Shown: positions 10,256-18,084, numbered from the stretch's first letter. The stretch is DNA of 29,596 nt from Elusimicrobiota bacterium (GCA_043811535.1 JBDRNC010000025.1:1-29596); one strand, 5' to 3'. Notes: generated by a model from the sequence alone, not told the origin. Numbers and translations: made by a program.

Positions 10256-10283
10256 CGTATCTCGTATCTCGGGACTCGTATCT
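10256..10283. repeat. Single arm of four heptamers CGTATCT
   Basis: cgtatct cgtatct cgggact cgtatct fills the 37-bp gap; there is no complementary arm. Confidence 0.8.
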
Positions 10284-10289
10284 CGAACA

Positions 10290-11789
10290 ATGAAAAAACA
10301 CATACTAATCCTAACATTGCTGTTCTCGATGGCAGCTGTTTCAAGGGCGGCGGAGACGGCGGATATCTCCATGATGCTTGAGCTCGGTGATTTTAACGGA
10401 GCGGCAGCCGCGATTCAATCGTTGAAATCCGCCGAAGACAGGCACATATGGCAAAGCAGGATTTATTTCTACCAGGGCGATTACTTGTCGGCGGCAAAAG
10501 AAATGGCCTTCCTTGAAAACAGCGGCGATAACCGCAAGCTGCAGAATTTCTACATCGCCCTGGTTGAATACAACAAGAATTCACAAACTTTTGAGAGCAG
10601 TCATTTCATCCTGCGGGCTTCAGATAACGATGTTATTCTCTCTTCGTACGCGCTTACAGCCCTTGAAAGCGCGTACGAAAAGATAGGCGCGAGCATAGGC
10701 TGTTATCCTGCCGATAAGATACTCGTTGAAATATATTCAAATAAGGAAGGATTCGCCGCAGCCTCTACGCTGGGCATTGAAATAGTTAAAAAGAGCGGAA
10801 CCGTGGGGATATGCAAGTTCAACCGCCTGATGATGCTTTCCCCCGAGGCCCTTCCGCTTGGTTTCCGCTGGCTGGACACGCTTGCCCACGAATATACCCA
10901 CCTTATAGTGAACAGGAAAAGCTCCGGTAAGTGCCCGCTGTGGCTGCACGAAGGCATAGCGCGCTACCACGACACGCTATGGCGGCTGAATGAACCGCTG
11001 TACATGTCGCCGGACGGCGAAAACCATCTTTACGACGCAAGAAAAAACAACAAATTCATCTCTTTTAAGCGCATGTATCCGTCGCTTGTGTACCTTGACA
11101 CGCAGGACGACATGTCTCTGGCCTTCGCCGAGGTTTCAAGCGCGGTAAAATTCATGACAGAGGAATACGGTGGCGCGGCCGTCGGGAGCCTTCTTGAGAA
11201 TATAGCGTCCGCTAAAGACGATAAATCCGGTTTCAAGAAAGCGCTGGGCTTAAGCCAGGAGTCATTTGAAGGAAAATGGAAAAAATATCTTGCCGGAGCC
11301 GGGCTTCATACTCATTCCGGCATCATGTCGGACCAGCCGAGATTTTCGAACTTCGACGAGAACGAATTCATAGGCGCCGACCTTAAAGGGCACATCCGTC
11401 TCGGTGACAAGATGCGCGCGGACAACCTTTTCGAGGCCGCTATAGCGCAGTACGACAAGGCCCTTCAGCAGGAGCCTTCAAATCCCGTCGTACTGCTCAA
11501 GATCGCGAGAGCGCTTAACAGCGCCGGAAGGATTGACGCGGCGGAATTGAGGCTTAAGGAAGCCGTAGACGCAAACCCGGGCTATGTCACCCCGTACCAG
11601 GTCCTCGGGGAACTCTATTATGGCCAGAAGAGATACGATGAAGCCGCGCGGATTTTAAACGAGGCCGTCTCGATAAACCCGTTCCATCCGCTTACTCACG
11701 AGTTGCTTGCTTTGTCTTATAACGCCCTCGGCGCCTCCGCCAAGGCGGAAATGGAATATAGAATAGCAGCAACATTGAAAGAGAAATAG
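10290..11789 (+). CDS. Exported peptidase MA-like zinc metalloprotease with TPRs
   Basis: Start reassigned to ATG 10290, which gives a signal peptide (MKKHILILTLLFSMAAVSRA). Contains HEYTH plus a downstream PLWLHEG gluzincin-type motif and C-terminal TPRs. Confidence 0.8.
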   Translation: MKKHILILTLLFSMAAVSRAAETADISMMLELGDFNGAAAAIQSLKSAEDRHIWQSRIYFYQGDYLSAAKEMAFLENSGDNRKLQNFYIALVEYNKNSQTFESSHFILRASDNDVILSSYALTALESAYEKIGASIGCYPADKILVEIYSNKEGFAAASTLGIEIVKKSGTVGICKFNRLMMLSPEALPLGFRWLDTLAHEYTHLIVNRKSSGKCPLWLHEGIARYHDTLWRLNEPLYMSPDGENHLYDARKNNKFISFKRMYPSLVYLDTQDDMSLAFAEVSSAVKFMTEEYGGAAVGSLLENIASAKDDKSGFKKALGLSQESFEGKWKKYLAGAGLHTHSGIMSDQPRFSNFDENEFIGADLKGHIRLGDKMRADNLFEAAIAQYDKALQQEPSNPVVLLKIARALNSAGRIDAAELRLKEAVDANPGYVTPYQVLGELYYGQKRYDEAARILNEAVSINPFHPLTHELLALSYNALGASAKAEMEYRIAATLKEK

Positions 11790-11791
11790 AG

Positions 11792-11843
11792 ATGGTTAAA
11801 TTGCTAAATGGCTAAATTGCTAACAGCCAACTGCTAAATAGCC
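11792..11843. repeat. Family B element B2, detached 5' part of the left arm
   Basis: atggttaa attgctaa atggctaa attgctaa [cagcca] actgctaa atagcc. Confidence 0.85.
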
Positions 11844-11884
11844 GCAATCACTCTCGCGTCTAAAGCGTCAAACGGAGGATCGAG

Positions 11885-12298
11885 ATGAAACAAGGTTATA
11901 CGAACAAGGTCAATATAACTATCATCCTCGCCTTTCTTATGTGGCCCGTTATTCTTGCCGCCATGTCCTTGTTCCCGGTGATTCTTGAAGAAATATGGCT
12001 GTTAGGCGTCCTGCTCCTTGTTGCGCTTATTATCTTCATCGCGGGTTGCTGCTTTTACGCCCAGGGAAAAGGATATCATCCGGCATTCGGGTTACTTGGA
12101 CTGATGTATATCTTTGGTTTTGTGATATTAGCGCTTCTTCCCGACAAGCATAAAGGCGAGGACACGAAGAGCGGTTGGATTTCTGCTGTCTTGTTCGTTC
12201 TTCTGGCTTTAATTCTAGTACTGGGCCCCATTCTCTATTTTGAAGCTAAAGCTGTCAAGCACAGGGCTAGCCGTACAGCCGTGCAACAGCAGCGTTAA
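11885..12298 (+). CDS. Small multi-pass membrane protein of unknown function, embedded in element B2
   Basis: GGAGG Shine-Dalgarno sequence upstream; about 4 hydrophobic segments; GCxxYAxxKGY...GLLG...LPDK motif. Confidence 0.75.
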   Translation: MKQGYTNKVNITIILAFLMWPVILAAMSLFPVILEEIWLLGVLLLVALIIFIAGCCFYAQGKGYHPAFGLLGLMYIFGFVILALLPDKHKGEDTKSGWISAVLFVLLALILVLGPILYFEAKAVKHRASRTAVQQQR

Positions 12299-12467
12299 AT
12301 AGTTAAATGGCTAATAACGACAATGGCTTAATTGCTAAATGGTTAAATGGCTAAAATCTTTAGCCTTACGGCCATTTAGCTGTTTAACAATATGACCATG
12401 CAGTCGATTTTTTAGCCATTTAACCATTCAGCCATGAGTTTTATTAGCCATTTAGCAATTTACTCAT
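12299..12467. repeat. Family B element B2, main part, inverted relative to B1
   Basis: Octamer arms around the centre AATCT. The spacers taacgaca and gcagtcgattt are reverse complements of B1 spacers tgtcgtta and aaatcaactgc (one mismatch in the latter). Confidence 0.9.
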
Positions 12468-12496
12468 TTGCTTCTAAATTTATTTTTATTTATAAT
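12468..12496 (+). promoter_or_regulatory. Putative sigma70 promoter
   Basis: TTGCTT (12468-73), 17 bp spacer, TATAAT (12491-96), upstream of the CpXC gene. Confidence 0.6.
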
Positions 12497-12514
12497 ATCT
12501 TTGTAGGTTTGACT

Positions 12515-12570
12515 TTGGAACAATGGAACGCTGAAACGTTGAAACGTCGTTATATCGGAACATTGGAACG
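12515..12570. repeat. Single-arm octamer array TTGGAACG (4 + spacer + 2)
   Basis: ttggaaca atggaacg ctgaaacg ttgaaacg [tcgttata] tcggaaca ttggaacg. Confidence 0.8.
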
Positions 12571-12575
12571 TTTTT

Positions 12576-13256
12576 ATGTCAACAACTAAACTTGAAGAGA
12601 TCAGATGTCCCTGCGGGGAAGTATTCGAGGCGGAGCTCCATAACGCCATAAACTCAGTAGACGACCCGGAACTGAAAAAAGCCCTTATTTCCGGCGAGAT
12701 AAACGTGGTCTGCTGCCCCAAATGCAATCAGATATTCTACGCCGAGCATTTCGTGCTGTATCATGACCCGGGCAGCGAACTGATAGCGTTCGTTTATCCC
12801 ACGAGTTTCTCTGCCGATGAAAAATACTGGCGCGACAGGATGAGCGAGGATTTTAAGAAAGCGCTGGCCGCCCTGCCTGATAACGCGATAACATATCACC
12901 CGATAATCCTTTTCGGCCTTGACAGTCTTGTGGGAATAATTCGCGAGGAGGAGGAAATAGACGATGAAATCTGCGTGCTTGAGTACTGGGCCGAGAATCT
13001 CGGGCTTAATATCCTGCACATCAGGCCTTCTATCGCGCGGGACAAAAAGCTTCCCAGATGCATCCCATTCGCGCCGGGCCACAGCCAAAGGGCCGGTATA
13101 ATAGCCGGGCTGAATAAGATATTGAGCCACAATTCAAGCCTGCAGTGGTTCGAGAAACTCCTTAAAATAGTGGAACACCACAAAGATTGGCGCATAGATG
13201 AAAAAGCGCTGTCAAAAAAGCCGGCGCGCGGGGCGGCGCAGAAAACAATAAAATGA
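12576..13256 (+). CDS. CpXC domain-containing protein
   Basis: IRCPCGEVFE...PELKKALISGEINVVCCPKC...LYHDP pattern. Confidence 0.8.
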   Translation: MSTTKLEEIRCPCGEVFEAELHNAINSVDDPELKKALISGEINVVCCPKCNQIFYAEHFVLYHDPGSELIAFVYPTSFSADEKYWRDRMSEDFKKALAALPDNAITYHPIILFGLDSLVGIIREEEEIDDEICVLEYWAENLGLNILHIRPSIARDKKLPRCIPFAPGHSQRAGIIAGLNKILSHNSSLQWFEKLLKIVEHHKDWRIDEKALSKKPARGAAQKTIK

Positions 13257-13867
13257 TAGTCTGGATGGGACAGTCGTCTTTCAGGCTCGCGGGCAAAATA
13301 TACACGGACCCGTTTAACATTAAGAAGGATTCGATTCCCGCCGAAATAATCCTGATATCACACCACCACTTTGACCATTGTTCTCCCGATAACATCAGGA
13401 AGATATTGTCGGAAAATACGACTATACTGGCCAGCCGTCTCGCGGCTAAAGATCTTTCGATGTTCAAGGGCCGGGTTGAAATCATGCTTCCCGGAGAAAA
13501 ACGCAAGTTAAACGACACGGAGATACTGGCTGTTCCGGCGTACAATACCAAGCCGAACCTGCATCCCAGGGGAAACGACGGGCTTGGTTTTATTATTTCG
13601 GTCAATGGGCAGAAAATATACCACGCGGGCGACACTGACCTCATACCCGAAATGTCCAATATTAAATGCGACATCGCGTTGCTGCCCGTTTCCGGAACAT
13701 ACGTCATGACGCCTGAAGAAGCGGCGGATGCCGCCGCAGCCATAAAACCCGGCCTGGCCATACCGATGCACTACGGCTCGACGGTCGGAACGATGGAAGA
13801 CGCTCAGAAGTTCTGCATTCTTTGCGGAAAGAAGGGAATACAGGCGAAACTATTAACACCGGCATAA
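13253..13867 (+). CDS. MBL-fold metallo-hydrolase
   Basis: IYTDP, SHHHFDH, YHAGDT and IPMHYG motifs; 4-bp overlap with the upstream gene. Confidence 0.9.
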   Translation: MIVWMGQSSFRLAGKIYTDPFNIKKDSIPAEIILISHHHFDHCSPDNIRKILSENTTILASRLAAKDLSMFKGRVEIMLPGEKRKLNDTEILAVPAYNTKPNLHPRGNDGLGFIISVNGQKIYHAGDTDLIPEMSNIKCDIALLPVSGTYVMTPEEAADAAAAIKPGLAIPMHYGSTVGTMEDAQKFCILCGKKGIQAKLLTPA

Positions 13868-13871
13868 TAAC

Positions 13872-14007
13872 AAATACTAAACAATAAACTCTAAATACTA
13901 AATAAACTCAAAGCAACAAAAATAAAATACAAACACGGCAGTCTATTTGATATTTGAAATTTCAATTTTGGATTTATTTAGTGTTTAGTATTTAGAATTT
14001 AGTATTT
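13872..14007. repeat. Family A palindromic element, copy A3
   Basis: aaatact aaacaat aaactct aaatact | aaataaactcaaa...aaacacggcagt...tttattt | agtgttt agtattt agaattt agtattt; 136 bp. Confidence 0.9.
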
Positions 14008-14017
14008 ACACAAGAGT

Positions 14018-14368
14018 ATGGAACATTTCTCTACCAAGTTCATCGTCGGAATGATTTTATTAACCACCAACCAGGTTGTCGGCTGGGGCGGCGTCGCGTT
14101 CTGTGCCTATCTCGCGAAGAAAACAGGGAAAAAAGTTTTCATCGCGTGGGGCACCGCTGTATATGTGCTGTCATGGGGGATGCTTCTTCTCGGAGCTTAC
14201 CTCGCCGGCAAAGAAGGCCTTGAACTTTCAAAACAGCTGCTGGCCAAATACGGCTGGTGGGTACTGGCTGCGGCCTTAACGGCAATATCTGTAATAATCT
14301 ATGTCAAAAAAGTTTACCCCGTTAGAGACAAAACAAAACCGGTTATCTCAGACAAAGAAATTCAATGA
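14018..14368 (+). CDS. Small membrane protein of unknown function
   Basis: Three hydrophobic segments; ATGA overlap with the next gene. Confidence 0.7.
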   Translation: MEHFSTKFIVGMILLTTNQVVGWGGVAFCAYLAKKTGKKVFIAWGTAVYVLSWGMLLLGAYLAGKEGLELSKQLLAKYGWWVLAAALTAISVIIYVKKVYPVRDKTKPVISDKEIQ

Positions 14369-14429
14369 AGAAAATACATAAAAAGAAATCACCGATTGCC
14401 AAAAAACAATCAGTCTCTAACGGGGTGAA
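14313..14429. repeat. 17-bp inverted repeat pair TT(T/C)ACCCCGTTAGAGAC ... GTCTCTAACGGGGTGAA (MITE/REP-like) spanning a gene junction
   Basis: 14313-14329 and 14413-14429 are reverse complements at 16 of 17 positions and enclose an 83-bp A-rich interior. Confidence 0.75.
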
Positions 14430-15357
14430 AAAATCTCTAAAGCTGCCGCCTCTGCTTAAAAGAATAGGCAAACTCGCCGATGCCAACAGGTTGCGCGCTT
14501 ACCTTATAGGCGGAAGCGTCAGGGACATGCTTCTCGGGGCTAGGACGTTTGACTGGGATGTTACCGTTGAAGGCGATCCCTCTAAAATCGTTTACACCCT
14601 GGCCGGAAAATTGAAAGGCAGCGTGAAGGCATATCCTATGTTCGGGACTTTCGTCCTTGAACTGCCAGGCGGAAAACACATTGATTTCGCTACGGCGCGC
14701 ACCGAATTCTACAGAGAGCCCGGAACTCTCCCGATAGTCAAGTTCAGCCTTCTTCCGAGAGATGTTTCCAGGCGCGATTTCTCCGTAAACGCTCTGGCTC
14801 TGGCGCTGAACGGCCCGGAAAAGGGGAAGATAATCGACCTTTGCGGCGGTCTCAAAGACCTGAAAACCAAAACACTGCGCGTTCTTCACGACAGGAGTTT
14901 CCGCGACGACCCGACCCGCATATTCCGGCTGGCGCGTTTCGCGGGAAGGGGATACAAGATAGAAAGCAAAACAGAGGAACAGGTCCACAGGTGCCTGAAT
15001 TTCGTTGAATTGGTCTCCCCGGCCCGCGTGCGCGAAGAACTCATGGCGATACTAAAGGAAAAAGACCCGCGCGGCGCGCTGTTCCTGCTGGTCAGTTGGG
15101 GAGTCGTAGGCCGGGCGCTGCCCGAACTCATTCCGGGTATACAGCACCTTGACGTAAAGAAGGCAAAAACACCGGAAGAACGCCTCACGATGCTGCTCTA
15201 CGGCATGAACAGCACCGGAAGACAGGAGTTCCTGCTCAAGTTCATGTTTGAAAGAGTAGTAAAGCGGAAGATTGAGGAACTGTCAAAAATGAAGAAATTC
15301 AAAGTCCTGGTATCAGCCCTGCCGCGCCCCAAAAGAAGCGCCCGCCGCAGCGTTTGA
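14365..15357 (+). CDS. Class II tRNA nucleotidyltransferase (CCA/poly(A) polymerase family)
   Basis: LIGGSVRDMLLG, DWD, DFATARTEFY, RRDFSVNALA and SFRDDPTRIFR motifs; no HD or CBS domains. The true start may be GTG 14425. Confidence 0.85.
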   Translation: MKKIHKKKSPIAKKQSVSNGVKKSLKLPPLLKRIGKLADANRLRAYLIGGSVRDMLLGARTFDWDVTVEGDPSKIVYTLAGKLKGSVKAYPMFGTFVLELPGGKHIDFATARTEFYREPGTLPIVKFSLLPRDVSRRDFSVNALALALNGPEKGKIIDLCGGLKDLKTKTLRVLHDRSFRDDPTRIFRLARFAGRGYKIESKTEEQVHRCLNFVELVSPARVREELMAILKEKDPRGALFLLVSWGVVGRALPELIPGIQHLDVKKAKTPEERLTMLLYGMNSTGRQEFLLKFMFERVVKRKIEELSKMKKFKVLVSALPRPKRSARRSV

Positions 15358-15382
15358 CAAACCCCCCATAAATTTATAAAAT
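15354..15382 (+). promoter_or_regulatory. Putative sigma70 promoter for the S2P-trpS-scpAB operon
   Basis: TTGACA (15354-59), 17 bp spacer, TAAAAT (15377-82). Confidence 0.7.
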
Positions 15383-15405
15383 TAGCAGGAAAATCATTCA
15401 CAAAT

Positions 15406-15563
15406 GATTACACAGATTCAAACGCAGATTACACAGATTATATATCTGTGTAATCGTTTATAATATCATTGTAATCGTCTTTGTTAATAAGTGTAATCTT
15501 TGTTATAATCTGTGAAATCGTAGTTGTTTATCTGTGTAATCGTAGTTATTAATCAGTGTAATC
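15406..15563. repeat. Family C: phased 12-bp repeats GATTACACAGAT / ATCTGTGTAATC
   Basis: Two forward copies (15406, 15427) and six reverse copies (15444, 15465, 15487, 15508, 15530, 15552), with a period of 21-22 bp. Confidence 0.9.
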
Positions 15564-15572
15564 GTCTTAATT

Positions 15573-16223
15573 ATGCATTTTAATATAATGAATCTCGTAA
15601 TTCTCCTGCCTATACTGCTTTTTTCCGTTATCCTGCACGAGGTAGCTCACGGATGGATGGCAAGGCGTTTCGGCGATGATACCGCCTATTTGATGGGACG
15701 GCTGACTTTCAATCCTATCCCGCACATAGACGTGGTCGGCACGCTCATACTTCCCGCGATATGCCTTCTGACGGGCGCTCCCGTGTTTGGCTGGGCAAAA
15801 CCCGTCCCGGTAAATCCTTACCGCCTGAACAATCCTCAGAAAGACATGGTATGGGTCGCGCTTGCGGGACCGCTTTCCAACATATCGCTCGTAATGTTCT
15901 CTTCTCTCGTGTTATGGGCCGACAGGTCGTTTCTCGCGCTTCCCGAAGGCCTTTCTTTCGCGGTACAGACGCTGTTCTTCATTCTGCTTTACATGAATAT
16001 CATACTTTTCGTATTCAACCTGATACCCGTGCCCCCGCTCGACGGAAGCAGGGTAGTCATGGGTCTCCTGCCGCCGGCAGCGGCCTATAAATACGCCCAA
16101 CTGGAACAATACGGCTTCATATTGATAATTGCGTTGATGGCGACAGGCGCTTTGTGGGCCATTCTCGGGCCAATAGTGAATTTTCTTTTGCTGCTTTTCG
16201 CCGGCGGAAGGATAATAATATGA
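15573..16223 (+). CDS. Site-2 protease family (M50) membrane metalloprotease
   Basis: HEVAH, GRLTFNP, VALAGP and FNLIPVPPLDG motifs. Confidence 0.92.
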   Translation: MHFNIMNLVILLPILLFSVILHEVAHGWMARRFGDDTAYLMGRLTFNPIPHIDVVGTLILPAICLLTGAPVFGWAKPVPVNPYRLNNPQKDMVWVALAGPLSNISLVMFSSLVLWADRSFLALPEGLSFAVQTLFFILLYMNIILFVFNLIPVPPLDGSRVVMGLLPPAAAYKYAQLEQYGFILIIALMATGALWAILGPIVNFLLLLFAGGRIII

Positions 16224-17206
16224 CAAAACAGAAAAAACGGATACTTTCAGGCATGCGCCCCACGGGTAAAATGCACGTCGGACACTTGTACGGCGCGCTG
16301 TCCAACTGGGCGAAACTGCAGGATGAATACGAATGCTACCACATGGTCGCGGACTGGCACGCGCTCACGACGGATTACGCGGACACCGCCGGAATAATCC
16401 CGAACACGCGCGAGATGATCATAGACTGGCTCGCGGCCGGGCTCGACCCTAAGAAAAGCGTCATCTTCAGGCAATCTGACGTCATAGAACATGCCGAACT
16501 CAATCTCCTGCTTTCCATGGTCACGCCTCTGGGATGGCTCTTCCGCTGTCCCACGTACAAAGAACAATTGCAGGAACTGAAAGACAAAGACCTGCATAAC
16601 CTAGGTTTTCTCGGTTATCCTGTGCTCCAGGCGGCCGATATCATGATATACAAAGCGAACGCCGTCCCCGTCGGCGAGGACCAATTGCCCCACATAGAGC
16701 TCACGCGCGAAATATGCCGCAGATTCAACAATCTCTACGGAGAGGTCTTTCCCGAACCGCAGGGCCTGGTGACGAAATTCGCGCGCGTTCCCGGCATCGA
16801 CGGCCGGAAAATGTCCAAATCCTACGGCAACGCCATCGACATGGACGAAGAACCCGAAGGCATAAAGAAGAAAATCCAGCAGATGTTCACGGATCCGCAG
16901 AAAATACGCGCCAACGATAAAGGCCATCCCGAAGGATGCGTCGTTTTCGCGTTCCATTCCATATTTAATCCCGCCTGCGGCGCGCGCGAAAAGGAATGCA
17001 AGGAAGGCGCGACCGGATGCGTCGCGTGCAAGAAAGAACTCATGCAGCTTATGATAGACGGGCTGGCGCCTTTGAGAGAAAAAAGGAACAAGATCGCTTC
17101 GGACAAGAATCTTGTCGACGACGTGCTGGAAGACGGCCGCAAGCGTGCTCTTACGGCCGCCAGGCAGACGATGCAGGAAACAAGAAAAGCGGTAAAACTG
17201 AAGTAA
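16220..17206 (+). CDS. trpS: Tryptophan--tRNA ligase
   Basis: SGMRPTG-HVGH, YPVLQAADI, VPVGEDQ and KMSKS motifs. Start reassigned to ATG 16220 (ATGA overlap with the upstream gene). Confidence 0.97.
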   Translation: MTKQKKRILSGMRPTGKMHVGHLYGALSNWAKLQDEYECYHMVADWHALTTDYADTAGIIPNTREMIIDWLAAGLDPKKSVIFRQSDVIEHAELNLLLSMVTPLGWLFRCPTYKEQLQELKDKDLHNLGFLGYPVLQAADIMIYKANAVPVGEDQLPHIELTREICRRFNNLYGEVFPEPQGLVTKFARVPGIDGRKMSKSYGNAIDMDEEPEGIKKKIQQMFTDPQKIRANDKGHPEGCVVFAFHSIFNPACGAREKECKEGATGCVACKKELMQLMIDGLAPLREKRNKIASDKNLVDDVLEDGRKRALTAARQTMQETRKAVKLK

Positions 17207-17212
17207 AACGGG

Positions 17213-17293
17213 AGACATGTGTAATGAGTAATGTGTGATGAAAACAGCCTTTGCAGAGAAGGCTTCATTACGCATTAGACATTACACATTACA
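17213..17293. repeat. Family D palindromic element, copy D2
   Basis: agacatg tgtaatg agtaatg tgtgatg aa-[agcctt...aaggct hairpin core]-cattacg cattaga cattaca cattaca. Confidence 0.85.
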
Positions 17294-17299
17294 CAATTC

Positions 17300-18043
17300 A
17301 TGGTTTACGACGTTCATCTGGAAATTTTTGAGGGACCGCTGGACCTTCTCCTTTATCTCATAAAGAGAGACGACTTGGATATAGCAGAGATAGAGCTGGC
17401 CAAGATAACTCACGAATATCTTGAGTATCTTGAATTATTGAAGGAAATGAACCTTGAAATAGCGGGCGATTTCCTTGTTATGGCTTCCACGCTGATGCAG
17501 ATAAAGGCCAGGATGCTTCTTCCGTCTTCAAGCGAGGAAGAGGACGAAGGGCCCAACCCGCTGGAAGAGCTCAAATCCAAACTGATGGAGTACCAGAAGT
17601 TCAAGGAAGCCGCGTCGCTGCTGCATAAAAGAGAGCAGGATTTCTCAAATATTTATTACAGGTCGCCGCCGGCGTTTGAAAAGGATGATTTCCACCTTGA
17701 AGTGTCCATCTTTGACCTGATGGAAAGCTTCCGTTCCGTCCTGAAAGAACTTCCGACGGACGTAAAGGAGATAGTATGCAAAGAAATACCGATAGAGAGT
17801 AAGATACGCGAGATACTGGACCTGCTTGACGCTAACGAGCACCTGTCTTTCGCGGAAATCCTGAAAAGAGAAACCACGCGCCACGGGCTGATCGTTAGCT
17901 TCCTGGCGATACTTGAACTCATAAGGCTTAAACAGATAATAGCAAGGCAAACCGACCAGTTCGGCGAGATAAGAATCTACAGGGTCAAGGATGCCGGAAA
18001 AAATGATTCGGCCGGCAGCAGCGACGAAGAACAATCGCAATAG
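17300..18043 (+). CDS. scpA: Segregation and condensation protein A
   Basis: FEGPLDLLLYLI, FLVMASTLMQIKARMLLP and FLAILEL...Q...FGEI motifs. Confidence 0.95.
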   Translation: MVYDVHLEIFEGPLDLLLYLIKRDDLDIAEIELAKITHEYLEYLELLKEMNLEIAGDFLVMASTLMQIKARMLLPSSSEEEDEGPNPLEELKSKLMEYQKFKEAASLLHKREQDFSNIYYRSPPAFEKDDFHLEVSIFDLMESFRSVLKELPTDVKEIVCKEIPIESKIREILDLLDANEHLSFAEILKRETTRHGLIVSFLAILELIRLKQIIARQTDQFGEIRIYRVKDAGKNDSAGSSDEEQSQ

Positions 18044-18063
18044 GCCCCTGTTTCATCAGGGGC
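18044..18063. repeat. Short GC hairpin GCCCCTG-tttcat-CAGGGGC
   Basis: Perfect 7-bp stem immediately after the scpA stop codon, with no U-tract. Confidence 0.6.
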
Positions 18064-18084
18064 ATGGCAAAAAAAGGATTTTAC

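Noticed and set aside
10176..10289. Longer N-terminus of the peptidase ORF
   Set aside because: It overlaps the upstream gene and translates the heptamer repeat. ATG 10290 gives a clean signal peptide. The extended starts at 16154, 18064, 20836 and 22233 were rejected on similar grounds (overlap, or a better SD downstream).
11792..12467. Integron cassette with attC (GTTAAAT matches GTTRRRY)
   Set aside because: The match is just a variant of the family B octamer. There is no RYYYAAC/L-box attC structure after the gene and no integrase in the window.
15406..15563. CRISPR array
   Set aside because: The repeats are 12 bp with 9-10 bp spacers, they switch orientation, and no cas genes are present.
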